Shown: positions 34,735 to 45,664, numbered from the stretch's first letter. The stretch is 64,000 bases of DNA from Patescibacteria group bacterium (GCA_028687275.1 JAQUAK010000001.1:420213-484212); one strand, 5' to 3'. The notes: generated by a model from the letters alone, not told the origin. Numbers and translations: made by a program.

Positions 34735-36738
34735 TTAAAAACCTTTAATGCCCACAGAAATTTCAGGCGAACCATTAACTTTAGAGAAGCCAACGCTAAT
34801 TCCATCACGGAAGCTTTCTTCATAAGCAAAGAAACTTCCCATTATTTCGCCTTTATTACTAAAATATTTTACTTGCGGTCCACCGCCCGGACCAGCCCCA
34901 GTAATTATTTCATCTCTGCCATCATTATTAATTTCACCGGCAGCTACGTTGACGCCGCCACGAAAAGCTTTGTCATAAGCAAAAAATCCACCCAAAACAC
35001 CCCCCTTATAATCAAAATATCGAACATGCGGACCACCGCCCGGCCCAGCCCCAGTAATTATTTCATCTCTACCATCACCATTAACATCTCCAACAGCTAC
35101 ATTCACACCACCACGAAAATTCTTATCATAAGCAAAAAAGTTTAAAATAGCTTTACCATCGAATGTAAAAGCTCGTACTTGTGGTCCGCCGCCCGGCCCG
35201 GCACCAATAACAATTTCTGGTTTTCCATCTCCATTGATATCACCAACTGCCAGTGAAACTGTACCCTTATAACCAGCGGCAAAGGGTTCAACCGTCCACA
35301 ATATTTGACCAGCCCGCTGACGACTAAGCTCTCCTTTTTTACTAAAAATATAACTATTCTCACCTGATCCTAAAAAATCTCCTACTAAAACAGAGCTACC
35401 ACTAGGCAAAGAAGTCACATAAGAAAAAAACCCATTGCGAGACTGCTCGCCATTTATATTAAAAATTCTTAAAAATCCTCCATTAGTAAAACCACTCCCC
35501 TGCCAAGCCGTTATTTGTTTTAGTAAAACGATGCCATCATTAGGCGCTATTTTTAAATAATTAATTTTTAAACCATTATTAATCGTCTTGTCCTGAGTGC
35601 CTTGGATTTTTTCAAATTCTTCCTTACTAAAAAGAAAGGTTTGTGTCTTATTAGTAGAGTTAACAATGGCGACTCCATTTTTAAAATCGCGACGCCATAA
35701 ACCTGGCTGCCAAGTCTTGTTTTCACTATCTAATAAATTATACGGTTCCGATTGTGAAGTTCCTAGCTTAACCTCATACTCATCATACCACCAAGTTTGA
35801 CCGTGGTTAGTAACGTCATAATCAAAACTAAAATAACCCTCGCCCAACAAAGCGCTAGTTAAACCATAACGCATCAAGCGATAATTGTTTTTATCTTTCT
35901 CGTAGATATTAATAACGGGAATAGATGGCTTACTATTAAGAGTGGGTAATTTTTTATACGACTCCATTGAACCAGACCAAGTGCCTCCATTCTCCCAAGA
36001 AGATGGGAATGATTCAAGCATCGCGCCATTAAGGATAGACTGGTAGGGCCAATGAATGCGACCGTTACCTAAAATAATAAAATTGGGTCCACAGAGGGTT
36101 CTAGTTAAGTTAAGCATTTTAGCCGTACCAGCAGCCCACAAACTATTAGCGACTAAAGCCGAATCGCGATTACCGTCATTATCAAAATCTAAATTACCAC
36201 CGCCCACCCAAGCAACATCACCCCAAATATTATCGTAGAAAACACCATCCCAAAGACCACTAGACTTTATTTTATCATGAACAAAATGAGGTAAAAAATC
36301 ATTGAATTTATAGCCTTGCAAATTAACACCGGCTTCATTACTAATATTAAACATTGAAGTATTAGGCCAATTTACAACCTTATTACCACTATCATCCTTC
36401 AGATACCACTCATCGATTATTTGATTATACAAATCTTTTCTTAACCAAGCATTACGATAATCGTTAGCATTATTAATAATCTCTTGTGAAGTTATATAAG
36501 CTAATATTTTAATATTTGGGTTTAGCTTTCGCATCAAACGAATTAATTCTGGATTATTTTCCTGATTTTCCATGTCTAAAATAACCACGTCCCATTTTGA
36601 CAATTCCCTGGCTTCAGTTTCATTTAGCTCCCACCTCAAAAAATAGTTAGCCAAACGCGGATAAGAATTATCAGCAGAAACAAGCTGAGGTAAAAAAATA
36701 AACAAGGCTATAATAACTAGAATTAATCGGTAAAACAT
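34735..36738 (-). CDS. Secreted GHL15-like glycoside hydrolase domain fused to FG-GAP/VCBS repeats
   Basis: I prefer the ATG at 36738 (MFYRLILVIIALFIFLPQLVSA signal). The N-terminal TIM-barrel-like domain is paralogous to the 13678 product. The C-terminus has three repeats of GD(I/V)NGDG..EI..GAGPGGGP. Confidence 0.75.
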   Translation of the reverse strand: MFYRLILVIIALFIFLPQLVSADNSYPRLANYFLRWELNETEARELSKWDVVILDMENQENNPELIRLMRKLNPNIKILAYITSQEIINNANDYRNAWLRKDLYNQIIDEWYLKDDSGNKVVNWPNTSMFNISNEAGVNLQGYKFNDFLPHFVHDKIKSSGLWDGVFYDNIWGDVAWVGGGNLDFDNDGNRDSALVANSLWAAGTAKMLNLTRTLCGPNFIILGNGRIHWPYQSILNGAMLESFPSSWENGGTWSGSMESYKKLPTLNSKPSIPVINIYEKDKNNYRLMRYGLTSALLGEGYFSFDYDVTNHGQTWWYDEYEVKLGTSQSEPYNLLDSENKTWQPGLWRRDFKNGVAIVNSTNKTQTFLFSKEEFEKIQGTQDKTINNGLKINYLKIAPNDGIVLLKQITAWQGSGFTNGGFLRIFNINGEQSRNGFFSYVTSLPSGSSVLVGDFLGSGENSYIFSKKGELSRQRAGQILWTVEPFAAGYKGTVSLAVGDINGDGKPEIVIGAGPGGGPQVRAFTFDGKAILNFFAYDKNFRGGVNVAVGDVNGDGRDEIITGAGPGGGPHVRYFDYKGGVLGGFFAYDKAFRGGVNVAAGEINNDGRDEIITGAGPGGGPQVKYFSNKGEIMGSFFAYEESFRDGISVGFSKVNGSPEISVGIKGF
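34790..35290 (-). repeat. Tandem 153-bp (51-codon) coding repeats, about 3 copies (FG-GAP units)
   Basis: The motif ccaccgcccgg/ccgccgcccgg recurs at 34880, 35033 and 35186 (period 153), with long near-identical flanks. Confidence 0.8.
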
Positions 36739-36742
36739 GAAT

Positions 36743-38005
36743 CTAAATTTTAGAATTATCCGGAAAAATAAATTCCGGTGCCCCTGGTATATAAGGACGT
36801 AAAACTTCGGGAATTCTAACAGAACCATCGGCCTGTTGGTTCTGTTCTAAAATAGCTGGCAGTAAACGACTAGTCGCCAGGCCAGAAGCGTTAAGAGTGT
36901 GCACAAATATATTTTCCCCCTCTTTATTTTTAAATCTTGTTTGTCCACGACGAGCCTGATAATCAAGAGCATTGGAAACGCTACTCACTTCTTTATAGAT
37001 ACCCATACTTGGCAACCAAACTTCGAGATCACAAGTTTTAGCCATAGCCGCACTACAATCGCCAGCCGCTAATTTTGAAACCTGATAGTGTAGCCCTAAA
37101 CCATCGACTAAAGCTTCCGTGTGTTTAATTAATTCCTCAAAAAAATTCCAAGACTCTTCTGGTTTACAAAATATAAACATTTCAATTTTATTAAATTGAT
37201 GTCCGCGCACCATGCCCCGCTCTTCTTGGCGATAACTACCAGCCTCACGCCGAAAACACGGTGAATAAGCGAAATATTTTAAGGGCAAACTATCAAGCGA
37301 AAGAATCTCTTCACGATGATAATTACCAAGCATCATTTCACTGGTAGCGTTTAAACAAAGGTTATCCTGAGTCCAAAATAATTCATCTCTAAACTTTGGT
37401 AAATGACCAGAAGTATAAGCAGATTTTTCAGTCAACAAGAAAGGTGGAATTAAAAACTGATAATTATTACTACTATGATAAGCAATAAAGTATGATAATA
37501 GAGCCCATTCTAAAAGAGCGCCCATACCACGGTAGCACCAGAAACCATTGCCAGACATTTTAACAGCGCGCTCATAATCAATCACACCTAAATCTTCCGC
37601 TAAAGCAACATGATCTTTAAATTTAAAATCAAATACTGGCTTTTTTCCTGAAGTATATATAACTTCATTATTCTCCTTCCCCCCTGCAACAACATCATCG
37701 GCAGGAATATTAGGTAAAGCAGCTAACTTAGTTTGTAATTCTAGCTCTAAAATTTGTAAATTAGTTTCAGATATTTTTATCTTTTCACCTAAAGATTTCA
37801 TAGCGGCGATGATCTCAGCGTCAGGCTTTGACTTAGAGCTTTGATTACGCTCAGCTTTTAAAGCCTCCCCTTCTTTAATCAACTCACGACGCTCGTCATC
37901 AAGCTTAATAATAGCCTCTAAATCCAGTTTTTCTGGATCCATTCTTTTTAATAAAGAGACTTTGACTGTTTCTAAATTTTCACGAATATACTTAATGTCT
38001 AACAT
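36743..38005 (-). CDS. serS: Seryl-tRNA synthetase
   Basis: MLDIKYIRENLE N-terminal coiled-coil arm, class II motif 2 (FRREAGS) and motif 3 (TLNASGLATSR). I prefer the ATG at 38005 to the tracked TTG at 38020. Confidence 0.95.
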   Translation of the reverse strand: MLDIKYIRENLETVKVSLLKRMDPEKLDLEAIIKLDDERRELIKEGEALKAERNQSSKSKPDAEIIAAMKSLGEKIKISETNLQILELELQTKLAALPNIPADDVVAGGKENNEVIYTSGKKPVFDFKFKDHVALAEDLGVIDYERAVKMSGNGFWCYRGMGALLEWALLSYFIAYHSSNNYQFLIPPFLLTEKSAYTSGHLPKFRDELFWTQDNLCLNATSEMMLGNYHREEILSLDSLPLKYFAYSPCFRREAGSYRQEERGMVRGHQFNKIEMFIFCKPEESWNFFEELIKHTEALVDGLGLHYQVSKLAAGDCSAAMAKTCDLEVWLPSMGIYKEVSSVSNALDYQARRGQTRFKNKEGENIFVHTLNASGLATSRLLPAILEQNQQADGSVRIPEVLRPYIPGAPEFIFPDNSKI

Positions 38006-38040
38006 ATTTTTAGATAGCAAATTAATATTATTAATATTCC

Positions 38041-39708
38041 CTACACAGCTTCTCCGCCAAAAGTGGCCAACAAACTTCCTAGAACGCTGTCATTTGGCTC
38101 TTTTGACTTAGGGCTAGATATCGGCCTTGAGACAGAGTTTATTTCAGGAACTGACTCCGTAATCACTGAGCTCAGCTTGGCATCACTTGTCATTGATTCG
38201 TCTAAGATAGCATTAATTGAAACCCTACCTCCAAAAACTTCGGCCAAACTAGACTCCATTAAGGACCTAATGGATGCATCAAGAATACGATCACGATGAA
38301 ATTTATAACGAAAACGCAAAGATAAAATACCCTTAACTAAATCCTGTGGCTGAGAATTTTGTAAAACAAAGGATAAAGAATGATTATGTTTTTTAATTTT
38401 AACTAACACCTCTGGCCAACGGGCCACTATTTCAACTCCAGACAAATCATGAGCAATATTTATGGGCACAGATGATTCTAATTTTTTTTCATTTCTAAGC
38501 TCCTCTTTTTTTAAGCTACTTGGAGCTTCGTTAGCATTAGTTGCTTTAGTGATAATATTTGTACGAATAGAGCCAGGAGTGGATGCTATATCTAAACTCT
38601 GATTATTAGACTGATCCTTACTTAAACATAATTCTACTACAGCAATTTCAAGTGATAATTGTGATGAATCGCTAGCTCTTTCTTGCGATAAAACTAAAAA
38701 GCGACGAAGACTTCGTAAGCAATTATCTAAACCAAATTCTGAAGCTAAGCGACTAATTTGAATCTCAACCTGTTCACCAAAGTCTAAACCAAGCTTCTCG
38801 GCCAATCCAGGTTGAGCCGATTGCAACATAATCTTACGTAACATCAATAAAACTTCAGCAATAAAATTTTTAAAATTAACGCCATTATCTGCTAATTGAT
38901 TAATTAAAGTAACGGCAGCACCAGCATTCTTTTTAGCTAAAGCATCTATTAAGGCTATGGCCTCTTGATTGTGGTGATGAGGCAATACTAGTTCAGCCTC
39001 CTCAGCGCTTATTGTTTTATCACCTAGTGATAAAATTTGTCCCATAATACTCTCGGCATCACGCAAATGGCCACCAGACTGACGGGCAATATCAGCTAAA
39101 ACACCAGCATCAATTTCAATTTTTTCCTGAGAGGCAATAAAACTTAGTTTTTTAATAATTTCAGCTGGACTAATTCTTTTAAAATCAAAACGCTGACAGC
39201 GGGAAATAATTGTAGCCGGAACTTTATGGACTTCCGTTGTACAAAGTATAAATAAAACATGCTGAGGGGGCTCTTCAATAATTTTTAATAAAGCATTAAA
39301 GGCGGAAATAGATAACATGTGCACTTCGTCAATAATATAAACCCTCATTTTACCACTACTAGGTGCTAAACGGGCAGAAGAAATAATATTATCACGAACA
39401 TTATCAACGCCAGTATTAGAAGCGGCATCAATTTCCATAACATCCATAAAGTTTCCTTTTTTCACGGCCAAACAAGCACGACATTCTCCGCAAGGTTCGG
39501 ATTCACCAATTTTTCTTTTTTCACAATTTACAGCTTGAGCTAAAACTCGAGCCATACTAGTTTTGCCAACTGCTCGTGGACCACAAAAAAGATAAGCCTG
39601 ACCAATCTTAGCTTGAGCAAGTTCATTTTGTAGAGTAATTTTCAGATGATTTTGTCCGAGAATGTCACGAAATTTCTGAGGACGATAATCACGATATAAA
39701 GTTGGCAT
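38041..39708 (-). CDS. dnaX: DNA polymerase III subunit gamma/tau
   Basis: Walker A GPRAVGKTS, Zn module CGECRAC, DEVHMLS and SRCQRF. Confidence 0.95.
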   Translation of the reverse strand: MPTLYRDYRPQKFRDILGQNHLKITLQNELAQAKIGQAYLFCGPRAVGKTSMARVLAQAVNCEKRKIGESEPCGECRACLAVKKGNFMDVMEIDAASNTGVDNVRDNIISSARLAPSSGKMRVYIIDEVHMLSISAFNALLKIIEEPPQHVLFILCTTEVHKVPATIISRCQRFDFKRISPAEIIKKLSFIASQEKIEIDAGVLADIARQSGGHLRDAESIMGQILSLGDKTISAEEAELVLPHHHNQEAIALIDALAKKNAGAAVTLINQLADNGVNFKNFIAEVLLMLRKIMLQSAQPGLAEKLGLDFGEQVEIQISRLASEFGLDNCLRSLRRFLVLSQERASDSSQLSLEIAVVELCLSKDQSNNQSLDIASTPGSIRTNIITKATNANEAPSSLKKEELRNEKKLESSVPINIAHDLSGVEIVARWPEVLVKIKKHNHSLSFVLQNSQPQDLVKGILSLRFRYKFHRDRILDASIRSLMESSLAEVFGGRVSINAILDESMTSDAKLSSVITESVPEINSVSRPISSPKSKEPNDSVLGSLLATFGGEAV

Positions 39709-39808
39709 ATTTTAGAAATAATCTTAATTTATTTTATTAGGCAGCTTTATGCTATCTTAGTATAATTTTAGCCTTTTTGGCAAATATCAAGCTAAACTTA
39801 AATTTATC

Positions 39809-42343
39809 CTAATCAGCTATGCTCATAACCGGAGTCCTTGTTTCGGTGCGCCTAATTATCTCCGCTTCAACAATACTACGGTCCTGACCATACTTTAAAC
39901 GGCTTAAGGCTCTAATCTTCTTAGAAATTCCCTCTCGCTGAGTGCCTAAAAGTGGCCAAATCGTCTTCATTGAAAAGGGCCTGGTTGGACTATTGTCAAC
40001 CAACAACTTGATATAAGCTGTACCTTTATCAATATTTATCATGTCGTAGGCATTAAAAACAGGCGCAAACTCTTTCACTAAAAATTCAGCATCTTCAGTG
40101 CCAATCTTAAAGGAAATCATTGTGCCCACGTTACCAAAAACAGCGTCTTTAATCTCAGTATTATTATTCTTACTCAGCTGGCCAATATACTGATGAGCAA
40201 TGATTAGATTTAAAGCATATTTTCTAGCTTCAGATAAAATCTGACAAACAGAATTAGTAGTGAAGTTCTGAAATTCATCAATATAGAGATAAAAATCTTT
40301 GCGTCCTTCACTCGGCATATCTGCTCTTGATAAAGCTGCCATTAATATTTTGCCCACTACAATCATACCTAATAAATAGGCGTTCATTTCGCCAACCACA
40401 CCCTTAGGCAAATCTATTAATAATATTTTCTGTCGATCCATTAAATCACGGAAGTTAAAAGAACTTTTTTGCTGTCCAATAATCGGACGCATCATGTCAT
40501 TAGAAATAAAAGAAGTTAACTTAGAAGTTATATAAGGCACAATATTAGCTAAAGCGGCATCACCGCCGGCTTTTTCTGCCTCCTTTTTCCAGAAATCAAC
40601 CACGGTACGATTATGACAGCGAGAAAGTTTCATTTTCCTAAAATTTTCATCTGATAAAACTTTAGGAATCTCCATTAGAGTGGAGCCACTTTCTGGATCC
40701 TCCATAATTAAGAGTAGGGCGTTACGCATGTACTGTTCAAACATCGGCCCACCAGTTGTTTTCAGATCATATAACTTATCAAAAATACCAATCATCTCAT
40801 TGATCACAAAGCTTTTCTGTTCTGGATAACGAGGATCATACTCTAATAAATTTAAAGCTAGGGGTCTCTCTAAGTCAGCGGGAGAAAAAATAACTACATC
40901 TTCAGCTCTTTCCGGAGGAATGCGTTGTAAAATGTCTTCAATTAAATCCCCATGAGGGTCAAGCACGCAAACACCCTCCCCGTTTTGAATATCCTGAATG
41001 GCCATATTAGCCAAAAGAACTGATTTACCAACACCAGACTTACCAACTACATAAGTATGACGACGCCTATCTTGACGCTTAATTCTAATATCTTGTTTGA
41101 CACCACGATAAACATTTTCGCCTAAGAGTAAGCCTTCACTAGGAATATCGGCCGGAGCGGAAGCATTTTTAGCTGTTAGCCATAAAATATTTGGCGTTTC
41201 CATGTGACTTAGAGGTAGGTGAAAAATACTAGTCAGCTCTTCAGTATTTAACAAAAAAGAACCATCCTCACGAAAACGACGATAAATAAAATCTCTAATT
41301 TGAGCTGGTTGATTTCCTTTAATGGCACGAGAGAAAACATTCCCGTAGCTATAATTATTATATTCAGTAAAGACGCTCACTACATTTTCCAAATATGCAT
41401 TTGATCTTTCTTTAGAAATGCTAGAAACAATAATACGTAAATTAACATCTAGCCCGGCACGTAAATTTTTCTCTTCAATTGATTTTAAAGTCTCTTCTTC
41501 AACGGCTGACAGGCGATGAGTATCGGTGTTAAGTGGCTTAGCTTTATCTGCCTCTGACTTAATTTTAAATAAATCTCCAAAAACAGAAAAGGCTTGACCA
41601 ATGAGATTGCTACTAATACCATCAGCAACTGAATTTTTTTTCTGAATGCGTCTAACTACACTACGTACTTGGCGATGCCAAGCACTTTTAGCGCTGCGTA
41701 CAACATACTGAATAGAAATGCTTTCATCCTTGTCTAATTTCGACATGATATTAATTAAGGAGTTTAGGGGGTCAACTTCAATCTTTTGATAGGTACGCAA
41801 TGGTAGTACAAAACTTTTCCTAGTTTTTAAATTAGCGGCCGCAATCTGCCCATGCATACCGAAGATGTTATAGTCTTCAATTTCTTCAATCACAGCAGCA
41901 GGATAATGAGCGGTGATCTGTTGTTCTAAATAACGAGCTAAAGACCTAGGGGCAGCTGCGTAAAAAGCAATCTTACTCTTACTAGCCACAATCTCAAAGG
42001 CAAAGTGATCATTTCTTCCTAAAAACCAAGACTTCAAGCCCGTTTGAGCCTTTAAGCCACCAATACTAGAAAATATAGTCTCGCCTCGTGAAATTTCTTC
42101 GCGCATTTGCTGCAATGAAGCCTCTTTATTCTCATCTTGAGGTTTTTCTTTTGGCAATCTAATTAAAAATATTTGATGGTCAAAATATGATTTATTTAAA
42201 ACTGCTCGACGCACAAAAAAACGTACAATAAATAATAAACCTAAAGTGACGCCAGCAATTAAAATTATAACCATACTGGCTAAAAGAATTAGACCAACAT
42301 CGCTCTTAAAAAATACCGATAAATTTAAACCAAAGAGATTCAT
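39809..42343 (-). CDS. Membrane-anchored P-loop ATPase, TraD/VirD4 (type IV coupling protein)-like
   Basis: N-terminal TM, a ~400-aa unknown domain, Walker A VVGKSGVGKSVLL, Walker B LYIDEFQNF and IIAHQYIGQL. The family call is by motif recognition only. Confidence 0.65.
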   Translation of the reverse strand: MNLFGLNLSVFFKSDVGLILLASMVIILIAGVTLGLLFIVRFFVRRAVLNKSYFDHQIFLIRLPKEKPQDENKEASLQQMREEISRGETIFSSIGGLKAQTGLKSWFLGRNDHFAFEIVASKSKIAFYAAAPRSLARYLEQQITAHYPAAVIEEIEDYNIFGMHGQIAAANLKTRKSFVLPLRTYQKIEVDPLNSLINIMSKLDKDESISIQYVVRSAKSAWHRQVRSVVRRIQKKNSVADGISSNLIGQAFSVFGDLFKIKSEADKAKPLNTDTHRLSAVEEETLKSIEEKNLRAGLDVNLRIIVSSISKERSNAYLENVVSVFTEYNNYSYGNVFSRAIKGNQPAQIRDFIYRRFREDGSFLLNTEELTSIFHLPLSHMETPNILWLTAKNASAPADIPSEGLLLGENVYRGVKQDIRIKRQDRRRHTYVVGKSGVGKSVLLANMAIQDIQNGEGVCVLDPHGDLIEDILQRIPPERAEDVVIFSPADLERPLALNLLEYDPRYPEQKSFVINEMIGIFDKLYDLKTTGGPMFEQYMRNALLLIMEDPESGSTLMEIPKVLSDENFRKMKLSRCHNRTVVDFWKKEAEKAGGDAALANIVPYITSKLTSFISNDMMRPIIGQQKSSFNFRDLMDRQKILLIDLPKGVVGEMNAYLLGMIVVGKILMAALSRADMPSEGRKDFYLYIDEFQNFTTNSVCQILSEARKYALNLIIAHQYIGQLSKNNNTEIKDAVFGNVGTMISFKIGTEDAEFLVKEFAPVFNAYDMINIDKGTAYIKLLVDNSPTRPFSMKTIWPLLGTQREGISKKIRALSRLKYGQDRSIVEAEIIRRTETRTPVMSIAD

Positions 42344-42345
42344 AT

Positions 42346-42831
42346 TTATAAACTCTTATTAATTTTAAAAATTTTATCCGCCTTAATCTTCGCCTCCTGT
42401 TCCAAAAAATAACGATTAGTTTTAGGGATTAAGTTCAACCAGTCCTTAATTAAAGAAATAATCTTACTCATGCTAACTTTGGCTTTATCTAAAAGTTGAT
42501 TTATTTTAAAGACAGTTTTTTCACCCTCTTCTTTAAATTTTTTTTGTTCTTGAGGATTCATTTGTAGAAAAAACTTATCCAGACCATCTTCTAAAATATC
42601 ATCAATAGCCGCTGCTCGACGACGATGAAAATCATCAACTGGTAAAACCGTATTTTTGACAGGCGCCTTAGGAATCGGCATGTTTACTTTAATCTGCTCA
42701 CTAGCCTTATCTGTCTTGGGAGTCTCCTGCCTCTCCATGGAAGCCTCAGGTGCATGCTCAACCTTATTATCTAAAGGCGCTTGCTCAGGCGCAGCTGGAA
42801 TTATTTGTTCTAATTTATTTTCACTGGACAT
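42346..42831 (-). CDS. Hypothetical protein (acidic/Pro-rich N-terminus, Lys-rich helical C-terminus)
   Basis: I prefer the ATG at 42831, 2 nt after the ferredoxin stop. Its own stop lies 2 nt before the ATPase ATG. I recognise no motif. Confidence 0.6.
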   Translation of the reverse strand: MSSENKLEQIIPAAPEQAPLDNKVEHAPEASMERQETPKTDKASEQIKVNMPIPKAPVKNTVLPVDDFHRRRAAAIDDILEDGLDKFFLQMNPQEQKKFKEEGEKTVFKINQLLDKAKVSMSKIISLIKDWLNLIPKTNRYFLEQEAKIKADKIFKINKSL

Positions 42832-42833
42832 AA

Positions 42834-43043
<210 letters not shown>

Positions 43044-43185
43044 TTACCTGATATTTTTAAAATAATAATACTTAAATTATAGCATATTTTTAAAATAATA
43101 ACAGGCCGATATTAGGTATTATTGTATCAATGTTAGGAAATAGATTTTAAATGACAACTAGCCAAAAATTTAACTTCCAATATAG

Positions 43186-43214
43186 TTGACATAGACAAAA
43201 TATTTTGTTATATT
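43186..43214 (+). promoter_or_regulatory. Sigma70 promoter for rpmA
   Basis: TTGACA at 43186-43191, a 17-nt spacer and TATATT at 43209-43214. An 83-nt leader with the hairpin aagcgg/ccgctt follows. Confidence 0.65.
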
Positions 43215-43297
43215 AGCTTTATTGATTAATAATCTTTAACGAAAAAGCGGCCGTCCGCTTTCTTATTATAAGGACGACAGTCGTTTTTTACACCCGT

Positions 43298-43573
43298 ATG
43301 GCACATAAAAAAGCCGGTGGCTCAACCGCCTTAGGCCGTGATTCAGAGAGTAAGCGTTTAGGCGTTAAACTTTCCGGCGGTCAAAGCGCAAAAACCGGAA
43401 ACATCATCATCCGCCAACGCGGAACTAAGTACCATCCAGGCGAAAACGTACGTCGCGGTAACGACGATACCCTTTTCGCGGTGGCTGATGGAACTGTTAC
43501 ATTTAGCAACAAAAAATTAAGAAAGTTTAATGGCAAGTTAAAAGCATCTAAAATTGTTAGCGTGCTAAAATAA
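43298..43573 (+). CDS. rpmA: 50S ribosomal protein L27
   Basis: The sequence [24 protein letters not shown] is canonical for L27. Confidence 0.95.
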   Translation: MAHKKAGGSTALGRDSESKRLGVKLSGGQSAKTGNIIIRQRGTKYHPGENVRRGNDDTLFAVADGTVTFSNKKLRKFNGKLKASKIVSVLK

Positions 43574-43591
43574 ACTATTAATACTACATAT

Positions 43592-43622
43592 AAAAACACT
43601 CCTTTTGCAGGGAGTGTTTTTT
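43592..43622 (+). terminator. Intrinsic terminator after rpmA
   Basis: Stem cactcc / ggagtg with an 8-nt loop, followed by T6. Confidence 0.85.
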
Positions 43623-43855
43623 GTTATATATAATCTCTAACAATTAAATATTTTCAAAGCTATTTGATGTATTAGCTGCTATTGCAATTATATTAGATAA
43701 ATTAAAAAGGGTTACCATCTCTAGTAACCCTGTGTTTCTTTATTTTATCCGCCCTCAATAAGTTGTATCTACCGCCATCTAAGTTATTTATTAAACAATC
43801 AATAGAAAATCTGGCCGGCGCAATAAATAAGAGCAGCGCTTGAGTCTAACAATAT

Positions 43856-43881
43856 AAAATACGCTATTAATAGCGTATTTT
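43856..43881. terminator. Perfect 26-bp palindrome 3' of pyrG
   Basis: The sequence aaaatacgctatt|aatagcgtatttt is a perfect inverted repeat with A/T-run arms. It lies about 40 nt past the pyrG stop. Confidence 0.6.
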
Positions 43882-43922
43882 AATATATTTAATATAAACA
43901 AAAAGTGCTTCTCTCCAACAAT

Positions 43923-45623
43923 CTATTTCTTTTTATTCTCCTTATTCTCTAAACTTGCCTTAACAAAAGCAACGAAAAGAGGGTGTGGAGATAATGGCCT
44001 AGAGATATATTCAGGATGGAATTGAACGCCAACAAAGAAAGGGTGGTCTTTTAACTCAATTGCTTCCACAATCTGATTATCAGGCGATGTTCCAGCTACA
44101 ATTAAACCTAGACTCTCAAAACGAGTACGATAATCAGAATTAAATTCATAACGATGGCGATGACGCTCAGACACGACCTTATTCTTAGTATATTTGCCAT
44201 ACGCAGCCGCCAAACGCGTACCTGGAGTTAAACGACAAGGCCAACCACCTAAACGAATAGTGCCGCCATAACCCTTCTCAGCAATTAATTTTTCCTGACC
44301 CGGCATAATATGAATAACTGGATCCGGTGTTTTTGGATTAATCTCAGCCGAGTTGGCTTCTTTTAAACCAGCCACATTACGAGCGAATTCAATCACTGCC
44401 ATCTGCATACCATAGCAAAGGCCAAAATATGGCACTTTCTTTTCTCGGCAATATTTAATTGCAGTAATTTTACCCTCAGAACCTCGCCCTCCCCAACCTT
44501 GAGGTATAATTAAAGCGTCCATGCCTTTTAAGACACTAGTTCCCTTCTTATCTACATCTTCCGCGCTCAACCAGTGTAAGTTAACACGACAATGATTAGC
44601 AGCCGCAGCATGCTTCACCGATTCAATCACAGAGATATAAGAATCAGTTAAATTGAAATCACCGGTAGCAAAATATTTACCAACAATACCGATTTCAACA
44701 CTTTTCTTATTATTCTTAGTGGCAGCTACAAATTTCTTCCATGCATCATTATTGGGATCTTTGCGACGTAGAGGTAAATTTAATTTTTCTAAGATACGAT
44801 GACTCAAATTTTCTTTTTCAAAATTTAAAGGAATATCATAAATTGAATCAGCATCAGGAGCAGCAATAACATCTTGCATGGCAACATTGCAATGCATAGC
44901 TAATTTTTCACGGCGCACGTTATCAATCGGCTGCTCACTACGAGCAATTAAAAAATCAGGTTGAATGCCAGCACTATTTAAACTACGCACAGCGTGCTGA
45001 GTTGGCTTAGTTTTCATTTCCCCAATTTTATGAGGTAGGGGTAAATAGGAAACCATCACAAAAAGCACGTCTTTAGGATTATAAAGTTTCATCACTCTAG
45101 CTGCCTCTAAAAATAAAAGATTCTCATATTCACCGACCGTACCACCAACTTCAATAATCATTATTTCTGCCCCACTTTTTTCCACCGCCCTATCAATACG
45201 GGCCCTAATTTCCTGAGGGATATGTGGCACCACCTGTACACACTTGCCCTTGTATTCTAAATTTCTTTCTCGATTAATAACTGTTTGATAAATGCGACCG
45301 GTGGTCATATAGTTCTCTCGATAAATATTTTTATCTAAAAAACGTTCATAATTACCTAAATCCTGATCAGTCTCATCGCCATCTTCGGTAACAAAAACTT
45401 CACCATGTTCGATTGGATTCATCGTGCCCGCGTCAACGTTAATATATGGATCCATTTTAATGGCACTAACATTATAGCCTTGAGCCTGTAAAATTTGGCC
45501 AATAGAGGCCGTGCTTACGCCCTTGCCCACGCCAGACATCACGCCACCAACAACAAAGATGAATTTTGGGTTTGTTTTCATCTCCTGTCTTTTTACTACA
45601 GGTACTTTTTTATTTTTTTGCAT
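43923..45623 (-). CDS. pyrG: CTP synthase
   Basis: FVVGGVMSGVGKG and the glutaminase Cys in GLCYGMQ. The alternative start at 45581 (MKTNPKFIFV) fits homologues better. Confidence 0.95.
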   Translation of the reverse strand: MQKNKKVPVVKRQEMKTNPKFIFVVGGVMSGVGKGVSTASIGQILQAQGYNVSAIKMDPYINVDAGTMNPIEHGEVFVTEDGDETDQDLGNYERFLDKNIYRENYMTTGRIYQTVINRERNLEYKGKCVQVVPHIPQEIRARIDRAVEKSGAEIMIIEVGGTVGEYENLLFLEAARVMKLYNPKDVLFVMVSYLPLPHKIGEMKTKPTQHAVRSLNSAGIQPDFLIARSEQPIDNVRREKLAMHCNVAMQDVIAAPDADSIYDIPLNFEKENLSHRILEKLNLPLRRKDPNNDAWKKFVAATKNNKKSVEIGIVGKYFATGDFNLTDSYISVIESVKHAAAANHCRVNLHWLSAEDVDKKGTSVLKGMDALIIPQGWGGRGSEGKITAIKYCREKKVPYFGLCYGMQMAVIEFARNVAGLKEANSAEINPKTPDPVIHIMPGQEKLIAEKGYGGTIRLGGWPCRLTPGTRLAAAYGKYTKNKVVSERHRHRYEFNSDYRTRFESLGLIVAGTSPDNQIVEAIELKDHPFFVGVQFHPEYISRPLSPHPLFVAFVKASLENKENKKK

Positions 45624-45664
45624 AAATCAAAAAGAATTGACGCCGACCGGTGAGTCAACGATAT

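Noticed and set aside
34790-35290. Regularly spaced near-identical repeats that could be mistaken for a CRISPR-like array.
   Set aside because: The period is 153 bp with no unique spacers. The repeats are in frame and encode FG-GAP units (GDxNGDG...GAGPGGGP) of the 667-aa protein.
43626-43745. A possible ~110-nt sRNA between the rpmA terminator and the hairpin gggttac-N8-gtaaccc followed by a T-rich tail.
   Set aside because: The putative promoter (TTGCAG-N18-TATAAT) overlaps the rpmA terminator and has a poor -35. I cannot assess conservation, so the evidence is too weak for a call.
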